Under the pieces are notes generated by a model. The model did no database searches. It was not told where the DNA came from and saw nothing but the letters and a program-made list of their open reading frames with translations. The position numbers and the translations under genes were made by a program. DNA of 64,000 nt from Octopus bimaculoides (taxonomy: Eukaryota), in NCBI RefSeq assembly GCF_001194135.2, contig NC_068987.1, positions 84,244,762 to 84,308,761 of the forward strand, in the 5' to 3' direction. Shown piece after piece: positions 26,947 through 39,299 of the stretch. Each line of letters begins with the position of its first letter. The first letter of the stretch is position 1.

Positions 26947-27634
26947 CAGAGGTTGGACAAAATAATGGAAACACCTTAAAATTTCACACAAATTTATTTT
27001 AATATGGAGTAGGACCGCTTTTGGCAGTAATTACAGCTTGAATTCGACGAGGTATGGACTCGTACACAGTCTGGATTGTTTCCAAAGGAATATTTGTCCA
27101 TTCCTCAGCTAAAAGGGTCTCCAGTTCTTGTAGTGATGATGTTGGAGGATATCGACTCCTTAATTTATTTCTAAAACGCACTGTAAATGTTCAATAATAT
27201 CGAGATCTGGGGACTGTGGTGGCCAGATAAGATGTTCAACTTCACTAGAATGTTCTTCGTGCCATTCAGTAACAACTTTAGCGGTGTGAATTGGTGCATT
27301 ATCATCCTGAACGATTTCGTTTCCCTCCGGAAACAATTCCGCAACCAAAGGATGAATTTGATCAGATAAAATGCTTAAATAGTCTTGATTATTAGTTCTG
27401 CCATGAAGCGAAACCATTGGGGCTGTGAATTTCTAAGATATAGCCCGCCCCTCATATCATCATAGGCCCTCCTCCATGCTTAACAGTTGGAAGAAGGCAG
27501 TCTGGGTCAAATGATTCTTTTGGCTATCCCCACACCTATACTCGGCCGGTAATCAGAAATAAGGTAAAGGGTGACTCGTCCGAGAAAATAACATTCTTCT
27601 ACTGCTCTAGGGACCAATTCCGTAGGTTTTTACT
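26947..27634 (-). mobile_element. Tc1-like DNA transposon, 3' half with TIR and decayed DD36E transposase
   Basis: TA target site (26945-26946) then TIR CAGAGGTTGGACAAAATAATGGAAACACC. Translation: KNVIFSDES...KHGGG...QDDNAPIHT...WPPQSPDLDIIEHL...LAEEWTNIPLETIQ..YESIPRRIQAVITAKSGPTPY*, with stops and a frameshift. The 5' end lies in the gap. Confidence 0.92.
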
Positions 27635-28367
27635 NNNNNNNNNNNNNNNNNNNNNNNNNNNNNNNNNNNNNNNNNNNNNNNNNNNNNNNNNNNNNNNNNN
27701 NNNNNNNNNNNNNNNNNNNNNNNNNNNNNNNNNNNNNNNNNNNNNNNNNNNNNNNNNNNNNNNNNNNNNNNNNNNNNNNNNNNNNNNNNNNNNNNNNNNN
27801 NNNNNNNNNNNNNNNNNNNNNNNNNNNNNNNNNNNNNNNNNNNNNNNNNNNNNNNNNNNNNNNNNNNNNNNNNNNNNNNNNNNNNNNNNNNNNNNNNNNN
27901 NNNNNNNNNNNNNNNNNNNNNNNNNNNNNNNNNNNNNNNNNNNNNNNNNNNNNNNNNNNNNNNNNNNNNNNNNNNNNNNNNNNNNNNNNNNNNNNNNNNN
28001 NNNNNNNNNNNNNNNNNNNNNNNNNNNNNNNNNNNNNNNNNNNNNNNNNNNNNNNNNNNNNNNNNNNNNNNNNNNNNNNNNNNNNNNNNNNNNNNNNNNN
28101 NNNNNNNNNNNNNNNNNNNNNNNNNNNNNNNNNNNNNNNNNNNNNNNNNNNNNNNNNNNNNNNNNNNNNNNNNNNNNNNNNNNNNNNNNNNNNNNNNNNN
28201 NNNNNNNNNNNNNNNNNNNNNNNNNNNNNNNNNNNNNNNNNNNNNNNNNNNNNNNNNNNNNNNNNNNNNNNNNNNNNNNNNNNNNNNNNNNNNNNNNNNN
28301 NNNNNNNNNNNNNNNNNNNNNNNNNNNNNNNNNNNATATATATACATATATATATACACACACACAC

Positions 28368-28530
28368 TCCAACCGGTATGGCTTTGCTTAGACCCTATGT
28401 GTCGGCAAAAGGCATCAATAGATAAGGCTTTGAAAATTCATAAGTACTGAGATCAATTCATTCGACTGAAGTTCTTCAAGGCAGTACCCCAGCATGGCCA
28501 CAATCCAGGTACTGAAACAAGGAAAATATA
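28368..28530 (+). mobile_element. SINE family A, 3' part, diverged
   Basis: gtcggcaaaaggcatcaatagataag...ttcttcaaggcagtaccccagcatggccac...actgaaacaagg. Confidence 0.65.
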
Positions 28531-29394
28531 AGGGAAACTGCCCTCTAAATTTGATCGGAACTTATTTTGAACCTAGAAGGATAAAAACAGTGAAGAACTA
28601 GACGCCATGTGAAGTGAGATTATAAATGTGAGGGATGAAAAACGATAACGCATTTTATTGATCGCACTAATATTCCTGCCAAGTACACGTAATAGTGAAC
28701 TAAAACATCTTAGAAACCTATATACGCCATATATTTAATATTTAACTTTTTAGTGTGAAAAGCATTGAGCGGAAATGAAGCAGTTCATTCTATGGATAAC
28801 AGGTCGACATGGCTTTAAAGTTAACATATAATATTTGTTAGATGCTACCGTGTGATTCGTTTTACGTAATCTACTCTCAGGTTTTCCATTCGCTTTCAAA
28901 TGGAATCCTATATATATATATATANNNNNNNNNNNNNNNNNNNNNNNNNNNNNNNNNNNNNNNNNNNNNNNNNNNNNNNNNNNNNNNNNNNNNNNNNNNN
29001 NNNNNNNNNNNNNNNNNNNNNNNNNNNNNNNNNNNNNNNNNNNNNNNNNNNNNNNNNNNNNNNNNNNNNNNNNNNNNNNNNNNNNNNNNNNNNNNNNNNN
29101 NNNNNNNNNNNNNNNNNNNNNNNNNNNNNNNNNNNNNNNNNNNNNNNNNNNNNNNNNNNNNNNNNNNNNNNNNNNNNNNNNNNNNNNNNNNNNNNNNNNN
29201 NNNNNNNNNNNNNNNNNNNNNNNNNNNNNNNNNNNNNNNNNNNNNNNNNNNNNNNNNNNNNNNNNNNNNNNNNNNNNNNNNNNNNNNNNNNNNNNNNNNA
29301 TATATGCGTGTGTGTGATGTGTGCATGAGCGTTTGTGTACCCGTGTGTATGCGTGTATGGGAGTATGTGTGTAATTACATATATATGATTATTG

Positions 29395-29457
<63 letters not shown>

Positions 29458-29474
29458 TGTATGTATATATACAT

Positions 29475-29553
<79 letters not shown>

Positions 29554-29706
29554 GATAGATAGATAGAAAGATAGATGTATATATATATATATGCATATAT
29601 ATATATATGTATGTATATTTATATATGCATATATATGTGTATGTATATATCTACACACACACATACATACGTATACATGCATATATATATGCATACATAT
29701 ATACTC

Positions 29707-30260
29707 TTATTTATTGTCCGTTTCGATGTGGTTATTGACTATTTTAATTAGGATGTCAAGAAAAGGAAGATGCTTATTGCTGTGTTCCATGCTGAATTGT
29801 ATGTTGCTATTGATATTTTTGAGCATTATTTTGAAATCGAAGAGTTTGTCCAAGCTATCGTTCCAAAGCATAAAGCAATCATCTAAGTACCTTTTCCAGT
29901 TCTCCATTAAAAAGGTACCTCATTGAAATGAGGTACCATATTTTTGTTGTGACAATTAGTATATTTTATGTTCTAGATAACCCGTTACAAGGTTCGCAAT
30001 CACTGGGCAGCACGAATTCCCATTGCGATTCCATAATTTTGTCGATAGTAAATGGCTTTCTTTAATTTTATTTAAGTATACATGAGCATGTCTAGACATG
30101 CAACTATATACCTGAGAATACATGCATAAAGCAAACATAGACATCTGCACAGATATACAAAAATACTTCGCTGATGTTGTTGAAATTCCAATGAAGGAGC
30201 CTTAGATCTAGGTTAGAAACCAGCACTTTCTCTATTAGCAAGAAATCTTGAAATGAAACT
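29707..30260 (-). mobile_element. Penelope-like element reverse transcriptase fragment
   Basis: WKRYLDDCFMLW...NINSNIQFSMEHSNKHLPFLDILIK and the upstream PVIANLVTGYLEHKIY match PLE RT motifs (APSYANL.MG..E; W.RY.DD; I.FT.E....LPFLD.LI). Confidence 0.85.
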
Positions 30261-30537
30261 GAATGACAACATGCAAATTTACATACGCACACACACACAC
30301 ATTCTTATGTATACATATGTGTGTGTTTACGTATATATATATATATATATATNNNNNNNNNNNNNNNNNNNNNNNNNNNNNNNNNNNNNNNNNNNNNNNN
30401 NNNNNNNNNNNNNNNNNNNNNNNNNNNNNNNNNNNNNNNNNNNNNNNNNNNNNNNNNNNNNNNNNNNNNNNNNNNNNNNNNNNNNNNNNNNNNNNNNNNN
30501 NNNNNNNNNNNNNNNNNNNNNNNNNNNNNNNNNNNNN

Positions 30538-30582
<45 letters not shown>

Positions 30583-31523
30583 TTATTTATTTATTTACGT
30601 GCCAGTTTCCGGTAGTGTACGCCATATGACATCCACAAGCAACGACTAACTCCATATTACAGTAGAAGATACTTGCATATTCTGCTGCACCTTAACGGAT
30701 CTTCGTGCTTTCCTCTATCTATGATTGCATATTTCACATGTGAAATTTCTGAAAAAAATCTATAAAGAACGTAGAATCCAGCGGAATTCGTCTTTAATAT
30801 ACATTCACTTGTCGAGGGAGTGAATGAAATATTAAGAATTAATTTAAAGTTATTACTATTAACTGGGTTCTCAACACCTCTATCTACATTTCCGTGAGGT
30901 AAAAAAGAAGGAAAGAAATTCATCAACATATCGATAAAATACAAATAAAAGTGGAACTAATGTCATAAAGATTTTAAGAAACACAGAAATACGTCTACAT
31001 ATATGTTTGAAGTATACGCAATCAACATAAGATTTATGCTAAACAAGCACATAAAAAGCACACATGCAGAATGGAAACAGATGAATAATATACATAAATA
31101 ATATGTGAGATTGAGTGCAAAGTAGTTTGAGTTACTCATTCAAAGTGTAAGTAATTGGAACATAAATAAATAAATATTGCCGAATATGAAATGCCGATAT
31201 TGGGAAGAATATCAAGTGCAGAAACACCCTTGCTTTTCATATGTTCGTTCGATTGCCTTCTTATCTTTATAACGTTTTACGGTACAGTTGACTATAAAAA
31301 TGCTAAATCACTTTACATTTCAGTAAAAACACCTAAGTGACATACTCTCAAATAAAACAGATTACGGAAGTATTTAGTCCCTTTCTATTTAGATCAATGG
31401 TTGACAACCTCTCAAGTTTTATATTACCTTTCATGCCTTCAGTATTAACTACGTACACGTAACCGCGCGCACACACACACGCAAACACACACACATACAC
31501 ACACACACATATATATACACATA

Positions 31524-31612
31524 TAGGTGCAGCCGTGGATGTGTCACAAGACGTTTGATTACCGACGAAATGGTTCCGGGTTCAATCCCACTGCGTGGCA
31601 CCTTGGCCGGGT
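31524..31612 (+). mobile_element. SINE family A head
   Basis: aggtgcagccgtggatgtg...ggttccgggttcaatcccactgcgtggcaccttgg. Confidence 0.75.
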
Positions 31613-31653
31613 TACATCTAATAAGAAAGCGACATCTAATAAGTAAGATGGTA

Positions 31654-31884
31654 AGGCGAGCTGGCAGAAACGTTAGCACGCCGGGCGAAATACTTAGCGG
31701 TATTTCGTCTGCCACTACGTTCTGAGTTCAAATTCCGCCGAAGTCAACTTTGCCTTTCATCCTTTCAGGGTCGATTAAATACGTATCAGTTATGCAGTGG
31801 GGTCCATATAATCGACTTAATCCATTTGTCTGTTCTTGTTTGTCCCCTCCGTGTGTAACCCCTTGTGGGCAGTAAAGAAATAAG
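31654..31884 (+). mobile_element. SINE family B (B1 tail), full length with a 9-bp TSD
   Basis: Complete element; atggtaagg occurs at 31648-31656 and 31889-31897. Confidence 0.9.
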
Positions 31885-32405
31885 AAATATGGTAAGGAGC
31901 GGGTTCGAGTCCTTCGACAACAAATTCTTGAAGGCGGAGCTTCATTGTAGCAGTAGTCTAGTCTAATGGTTGAAAGTAAAAAGAAAGATCGTGANNNNNN
32001 NNNNNNNNNNNNNNNNNNNNNNNNNNNNNNNNNNNNNNNNNNNNNNNNNNNNNNNNNNNNNNNNNNNNNNNNNNNNNNNNNNNNNNNNNNNNNNNNNNNN
32101 NNNNNNNNNNNNNNNNNNNNNNNNNNNNNNNNNNNNNNNNNNNNNNNNNNNNNNNNNNNNNNNNNNNNNNNNNNNNNNNNNNNNNNNNNNNNNNNNNNNN
32201 NNNNNNNNNNNNNNNNNNNNNNNNNNNNNNNNNNNNNNNNNNNNNNNNNNNNNNNNNNNNNNNNNNNNNNNNNNNNNNNNNNNNNNNNNNNNNNNNNNNN
32301 NNNNNNNNNNNNNNNNNNNNNNNNNNNNNNNNNNNNNNNNNNNNNNNNNNNNNNNNNNNNNNNNNNNNNNNNNNNNNNNNNNNNNNNNNNNNNNNNNNNN
32401 NNNNN

Positions 32406-32452
<47 letters not shown>

Positions 32453-32813
32453 TCTGTATATAATATTGATAAAAAAGGAAATGAAATGTGTAATAGACTT
32501 TAGTGGGTACACACATGTTTCGATCTGTTTGGGTTTCTTCTAGTACATCAATAAAAAGTCTCATTAGAGATTTCTTGAGTTGGCTTATGTACTGTCATAT
32601 GTCCATCAAATTCGAGAATGAGTAAAATCAGAGAAAAATTATTGAAAAGCGAAAAATTGAGATATGAACGTGGAAAATATACAGTCTAGTTGAGAGAAAA
32701 TGACGTAATCAACTTTCGCTGTTGTAACTGTTAAGAGAAAGAAAAGAAAGTAGAAATTGAAAGGAAGATAATACTTAGACAAAAATTATTTTTATGTTTG
32801 TGCTTAGGCGCAT

Positions 32814-32844
<31 letters not shown>

Positions 32845-33782
32845 CACACACCCACACANNNNNNNNNNNNNNNNNNNNNNNNNNNNNNNNNNNNNNNNNN
32901 NNNNNNNNNNNNNNNNNNNNNNNNNNNNNNNNNNNNNNNNNNNNNNNNNNNNNNNNNNNNNNNNNNNNNNNNNNNNNNNNNNNNNNNNNNNNNNNNNNNN
33001 NNNNNNNNNNNNNNNNNNNNNNNNNNNNNNNNNNNNNNNNNNNNNNNNNNNNNNNNNNNNNNNNNNNNNNNNNNNNNNNNNNNNNNNNNNNNNNNNNNNN
33101 NNNNNNNNNNNNNNNNNNNNNNNNNNNNNNNNNNNNNNNNNNNNNNNNNNNNNNNNNNNNNNNNNNNNNNNNNNNNNNNNNNNNNNNNNNNNNNNNNNNN
33201 NNNNNNNNNNNNNNNNNNNNNNNNNNNNNNNNNNNNNNNNNNNNNNNNNNNNNNNNNNNNNNNNNNNNNNNNNNNNNNNNNNNNNNNNNNNNNNNNNNNN
33301 NNNNNNNNNNNNNNNNNNNNNNNNNNNNNNNNNNNNNNNNNNNNNNNNNNNNNNNNNNNNNNNNNNNNNNNNNNNNNNNNNNNNNNNNNNNNNNNNNNNN
33401 NNNNNNNNNNNNNNNNNNNNNNNNNNNNNNNNNNNNNNNNNNNNNNNNNNNNNNNNNNNNNNNNNNNNNNNNNNNNNNNNNNNNNNNNNNNNNNNNNNNN
33501 NNNNNNNNNNNNNNNNNNNNNNNNNNNNNNCAATTTAATTTGTGTTCGTGGGAAGAACCATTTTAACGATGCGTACTGCCTTAATTCTTCGAAACGCCGG
33601 AGTTTTAATGGTGGCAGCTGATGAAGGGGATGTTTCTATGTGGCCTGCTTGTTTGTTGCCCCTTGTTTACCATTTTTGTCCTTGTTCTTTTGCCACGTCA
33701 CGTACCCAGTTATGTATCTATATGTACATGTGGATGAACGTATATACATACATGTACATATATATGCATATACTCATATATT

Positions 33783-33827
<45 letters not shown>

Positions 33828-33984
33828 CGCTTTTTACAATCTTATAATAGTATAAGTTAATTATAGTGTAATGAAATGATAGAATATTAAATGACCATTC
33901 TGATTGAACTAATGAGGGGAGGGAGACAAACATAAACATAGACACATACATATATACATACATGCACGCATGCATACACACATG

Positions 33985-34170
33985 CGTCCATGGCCACGCT
34001 CAGGAAAGGCTTCGACCTTGTTTACACCTGTGAAAATTTGTCACAAGGACTGGTCGATCCGAGGCTATTGTAAAAGACGCTTAAACACTTGCCCAATGTA
34101 CCGTGCAGTGGGACCGAACCCAAAAACCAAGTGATTACATAGCGAACTTCCTAACTTCAATTGCACGCCT
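33985..34170 (-). mobile_element. SINE family A, 5' half
   Basis: cgatccgaggctattgtaaaagac...cttgcccaatgtaccgtgcagtgggaccgaacc. Confidence 0.7.
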
Positions 34171-34329
34171 ATTAAAGTTCTACTAAATTTTATCTTTATT
34201 TTGGCGAAGAGCCAAGTAATTAATTTTGATTTAAAGGTAAGTATATTGAAAGTGGCAAATATAACACAGACGTGAATACACTTTCGTTTCTGCTACGTCA
34301 ATCGAATTCTATTTAGCAGGCATTATGGC

Positions 34330-34432
34330 TGTAGTGTAAATTACTTACCTGAGATGCGCCACCGTTGGAAGCAACCTATAAGAAACATACTTCCGAACCA
34401 AACTTCTTAACCAGGCAGCCATTGATGCACCT
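34330..34432 (-). mobile_element. SINE family A head, diverged, containing an exon-like segment
   Basis: Minus strand aggtgcatcaatggctgcctggttaagaagtttg...ggtggcgcatctcaggtaagt aligns with the A head. Confidence 0.6.
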
Positions 34433-35572
34433 ATATGTATGTTACTGATGACAGCTTAGATTTAGCAGGCGAAAAGTTGTTTTTCATTCGCATAGCTTCC
34501 TCAAAGTAAATAACGTTCAATATAAAAGACAAAAGTTCTAAAGCCAGGGATCGATACCACGTATCAGGCATTACTCCCTACAAACTGATATTCTATTCTG
34601 TAATATTCAGACAAAAGCATTTGATAGTCAATCTTTGTTTGAATGATATTCAGAAAATAGCAAACTATCTTTTCAAATATTTTACATGGTATTCTCTTAG
34701 GACAAGCCATAGAATTTATTGAATTATTTCAAAGACTGTGCTGCTCTTGAGATGACCAAATATTTCCATTTATTATATTTTATAGATTACATTTACGTGA
34801 CATTTCTATTCCTAAGAGTAAGGTGGGCTTGCTTCTATTGTATAGAAGTAGGATATAAACTAAACAAACGTGACAGATGGTACGTAACATTCAAAGTTCG
34901 TTAGCCATTGTCAATATCAGAGATCTTATAATTCATCTCGTATAGTCATACGTTACGAATGTCGATTATGAGCGATTCAGTCTTGGATTTACTGCTGATA
35001 TATCCACGATGTGTAATCGGGTCTCTTAGCCATTTCTATAAGTAATTCATTATCTGGAACTGATTCCTTCGACACCATACAAGCTTTAGACATCAGCTGG
35101 CTCAACTGATGCCTTGCTAATTAATTGTATTCAGTCTTTAGAAATCATATGGATCTCGAGATAAGAATTTTAATATTATGAAGGCGATCGTATAATTGTT
35201 GATGAACGGAATATTAAAAGAGGCAATCAATAATAACTTCGAAATGTATGAGAATCTAAAATTCCTTCTTTTTGATTTAACACGATTTTCTATCTCGGAA
35301 ATAAATTAAAACAACGAGACAGCTATGAATTTATAAAGAACAACTATTCTCGAATGTTTACTCTGTTCGCTTATAAATATTCGTAATCTATCATCCAACT
35401 CCGCGTGATTTTACATAATTGCTGTCTAATATACTACCACAGGTTTCCTAATTTTTTCCAGCCAATAAGGTGATTGCTTGAGCTTTTCTGGACAAGTCTC
35501 ATGAGAGGAAATATCAACGTACGGAAGAAAAAGGCATCAACAGAATAATTACTGTATATGCATGTGTGCGTG

Positions 35573-35598
35573 TGTATGTGTGAATCTGTGTTTTCATA

Positions 35599-35636
<38 letters not shown>

Positions 35637-35662
35637 TATGAAAACACAGATTCACACATACA
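35573..35662. repeat. Perfect 90-bp palindrome centred on (AT)17
   Basis: Arms tgtatgtgtgaatctgtgttttcatacc / ggtatgaaaacacagattcacacataca (28 bp each) around (AT)17. Confidence 0.97.
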
Positions 35663-35829
35663 TGCGCACACACACATACACATACACTCACACATATGTA
35701 CAGTCCACTGTTGACAACAATTGTCAATTGAGGAACACGACTGTTACTACATAAACCTGATGATTGCATAACGCATGAAATAACTAGTTTATTTGAACAT
35801 CATAAAATTGTAAAAATCTTGGAATTTCC

Positions 35830-36330
35830 TTGATTAATACATTCTTGCGTATTGTTCACCACCACTAGGTCTAGTCTGTTATGCTCTAGCACCTGATCTT
35901 TCTGGATTGGGAAATCCCAGAGGATTTTGCTAATCCCGACTCCGCCACTCTCTGTAGTTTCTCCTCATACCACGTCTTGCCTCTCTCTAGCCCCAAGTTT
36001 TTGCACAGTTTCTAATGAAGCACTTTCGCTACCTTATCGTGTTTTCACAACTCGTAATGGTTTTGGACAAGTCTAGAGCATTCGTTCGTGACATGGGCAA
36101 TGGTTTCTTCCAATCTATTACAGATGAGGCACAGCGGAGACACTTGCTCATTTCTACGGTTAACCCTTAATCTTGCGCCACCAGTATAGTGCTCTTCGTC
36201 TCTTTTCTTTCAGTGTTCCTTTCTTCAGCCAATCCCACTTAGGTTTTCTACCAACTTCACCTGTCGCTGCTTGGAATTCATTCTATAATACCTTGTTGCG
36301 TAATGCTTCTTCATCTCCTTTTTTTTACCT
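35830..36330 (-). mobile_element. R2/R4(Dong)-like non-LTR element fragment: CCHC knuckle and start of the restriction-like endonuclease
   Basis: KWDWLKKGTLK...CLICNRLEETIAHVTNEC (36131-36078)...KHDKVAKVLH*KLC...KILWDFPIQKDQVLEHNRLDLVVV; abuts (TAA)n. Confidence 0.85.
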
Positions 36331-36343
36331 CTTCTTTTGTTTC

Positions 36344-36345
<2 letters not shown>

Positions 36346-36408
<63 letters not shown>
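36346..36408. repeat. (TTA)n / (TAA)n
   Basis: Directly visible. Confidence 0.97.
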
Positions 36409-36409
<1 letters not shown>

Positions 36410-36788
36410 TTATAGATTTTAATATCACTAAGACGTCCCTTTACGGCGCTCTTTAGTATTATTCGTTTCCATTGTGTTTTTCAAATGTCTACGCTTGAAA
36501 ATTTCTGCTCTGTATTGATTTTAAACNNNNNNNNNNNNNNNNNNNNNNNNNNNNNNNNNNNNNNNNNNNNNNNNNNNNNNNNNNNNNNNNNNNNNNNNNN
36601 NNNNNNNNNNNNNNNNNNNNNNNNNNNNNNNNNNNNNNNNNNNNNNNNNNNNNNNNNNNNNNNNNNNNNNNNNNNNNNNNNNNNNNNNNNNNNNNNNNNN
36701 NNNNNNNNNNNNNNNNNNNNNNNNNNNNNNNNNNNNNNNNNNNNNNNNNNNNNNNNNNNNNNNNNNNNNNNNNNNNNNNNNNNNNNNN

Positions 36789-36992
36789 ACATAGAGGGAA
36801 CAAACAAGGACAGACAAAGGAATTAAGTCGATTTCATCGATCCAAATGCGTAACTGGTACTTAATTTATCGACCACTAAAAGATGAAAGGCAAAACCGAC
36901 CGCGGCGGAATTTCTAGTCAGAACGTAAAGACAGACGAAATACCGGTAAGCATTTCGCCCGGCGTGCTAACGCTTCTGCCAGCTCAGTGCCT
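36789..36992 (-). mobile_element. SINE family B
   Basis: Reverse complement of the B consensus. Confidence 0.85.
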
Positions 36993-39299
36993 TGCTTTTA
37001 GAACTTCAGACGTTTCTTTACTCATCTAAAAACTAAATCTCTACTATTACCACCAACGCTGATAGTCTAAAGCAACAACAACAACAGCAAAACAATTGCA
37101 GCAAAAACTAAAAAGTGAACGGTAACAATGGTACAACTGACGTCTTCGCCTCCACCACCAATACAGCAATGAATAGCGGTACCAGCAATTTCAACGAAAG
37201 CAAAATCAAAGTAAAGAAGCGGCAGCAACATCAAAACGAGAAAATAATTGAAAATATGAACGACGAAATAAAAACAATAAAAAAAAATTAGCAACAAAAC
37301 TTACCTACAGATAATACAAACAAAACGACCACAACCACCATTACCAGTTGAATTAACTACCACCGCCACCTGAATTGACTATCACCGCCACCGCACACCA
37401 TTAATAAACAAAACGCCGCAACAAACAAACTACACTTAGCGATTTCGCTCAATTGGTTCGGTCACGTGATGTAGGTTCTTTTTCTTAGCAAAATGTGTAA
37501 ATTGGGAAACGCTTCCAAAGACGATCTGGACATATTGCATCTTTAAACATAGGACATAGGACAAAAAAGTCCAGGTAGATACACCCAAAGAGTATCGTTT
37601 CACTCCTTGTTTCTTCTTTTTTTTCCGCACTCCAAATTGATAAAGAGTTCACCCGAGATGTTAATCTAGCTTCTTTCCCATTTTTCCTCTATACTATTCA
37701 ATGTGCTCAACATTTTAGGTCGATTTTTCTTTCTTGAATTTTTATCTAGCTGTTGTTACCTATTACGTTGTACGACTCTCTATCTCTTATTACCCTCATT
37801 CTATTTGTGCTATTTTATCTATTACACACACGCTCACACACATACACATACAAACACACACCCATATACATGCACACACACACACGCTCACGTACATATA
37901 CATACATATAAGTAATCATGTCTTTAACGGAAAAGGCCGTTCAAAATAAATGAGAACGGAGCGATAGAATCGTTATTCTATCAGACAACTTGCGTTGCAG
38001 CATTGAGCTTCGACTTCTTATGTTCTTAGATGAAATCGCGCCGAGGTCAATTTGTCTTCATTATTTTGCGATCAATAAAATAAAAAAATGTTTGTAAAGA
38101 ACTGAGATTCATTTCTATTGCTATAAAGCATCCTAGATGTGAATAGAATTATATTAGGAGAAAATACCTCAGTGAGGGTAAATTTTGACGCTATGATGTT
38201 GTGAGATGATCTAGTTGTAGCGTACCACCAGATTTACTCTGATTAAGTGGTACTTTATCAAAGTCAACAGAGCTATAAACACTTCGGCTTATTCCTTATA
38301 TGTAGGGCAATACTCTACAATTCTCTTTTTAAGGAGTGCAATTTGAAGGAAATTTGAATGAATTTTATTTTTTAAAAGCTCGAACTCCTACACAGCTATT
38401 ATATGTCTGTCTCACTCTTCGTTTCTCCGTCTATCTGTGTGACTTTCTCTATGTCTCTTCCTCAAAGAACATAGTGCATCGAAACCACAATCTTACAATC
38501 ATGAGAACAACACCCTTGTCACTAACTCATGCACATCCACCTCTTTCCCTCTTTCTTTCATTGGCTTATTTTATTCATAGTAAAATCAATCGAGTGGAAA
38601 GTGTTTCCTCTCGCCCTACCAACTAGACTATGCTTGATTTTAAATTCAGTGTATAACTGAAATTCAAATCTGTCCTTGCCAATTTGCCAATAATTATATA
38701 CAACTAGACTGACTGCTTTCCTTGAAATTTTAATGCCATTACCATGGACACACTAAGCACCAATGAATGTAATATCAGTCGTTATCTGTGAGTGACATTT
38801 TGATAAGCTATCTATTCATCTATCTGCCATTCTACAGAAATGTTTAAACGTATGTATTAAAATTAGTCTCTTGACGAATCTCATATTTTTCACACCTAAT
38901 TTCAATAACATTAAGTATATATTAAGTACATATCATTAAGTATATATCACATTAAGTATATATCACAAACATTTTCCTTCAGCTATGTTGTGTGACATAC
39001 ATTATAGCAAAATGTGCCTATGAATGTGAAGCAACGTTGACACATTAATCTGTAACTAAAATGAAAATCTTATCAACTGTCTCATTCTCTGCGGAAAATT
39101 TCTTACAATTAAGTTGTTGATTTATTGGCTTTCTGATAATTTTTTCTGTCTTCAACAAATGTATTAATTGCCTTTTCTTATCTTGACGTCAGCTTGCTTT
39201 TAGTAACAAATTTATTTTCTTCTATTTATTTCATCAGAAATCTTTCTGGCCTTTTGATCTGATTGCAGAAGCGTCTCTGACTACATAATGAAATCATTA

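Noticed and set aside
30657-30944. 95-aa minus-strand ORF
   Set aside because: Composition is typical of random AT-rich ORFs; no motif.
31893-31925. B-box-like gggttcgagtcc, a possible tRNA
   Set aside because: No cloverleaf. All tRNA-like motifs in the window are SINE heads; no true tRNA, rRNA or CRISPR array is seen.
33585-33632. GAAAC...CTGATGA in permuted order (ttcgaaacgccggagttt...gcagctgatgaagggg), a possible second hammerhead
   Set aside because: The core motifs and a CCGG loop are present, but I could not form stem I, and stem II is poor. It may be a PLE terminal-repeat remnant cut by the adjacent gap; not supportable as a ribozyme.
34445-34480. ctgatga...gaaa motif
   Set aside because: No 10.1-11.1 pair and no stem I or stem III; chance match.
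37060-37420. Q/N-rich open stretch
   Set aside because: Decayed (AAC)/(ACC) repeat with stops in each frame.
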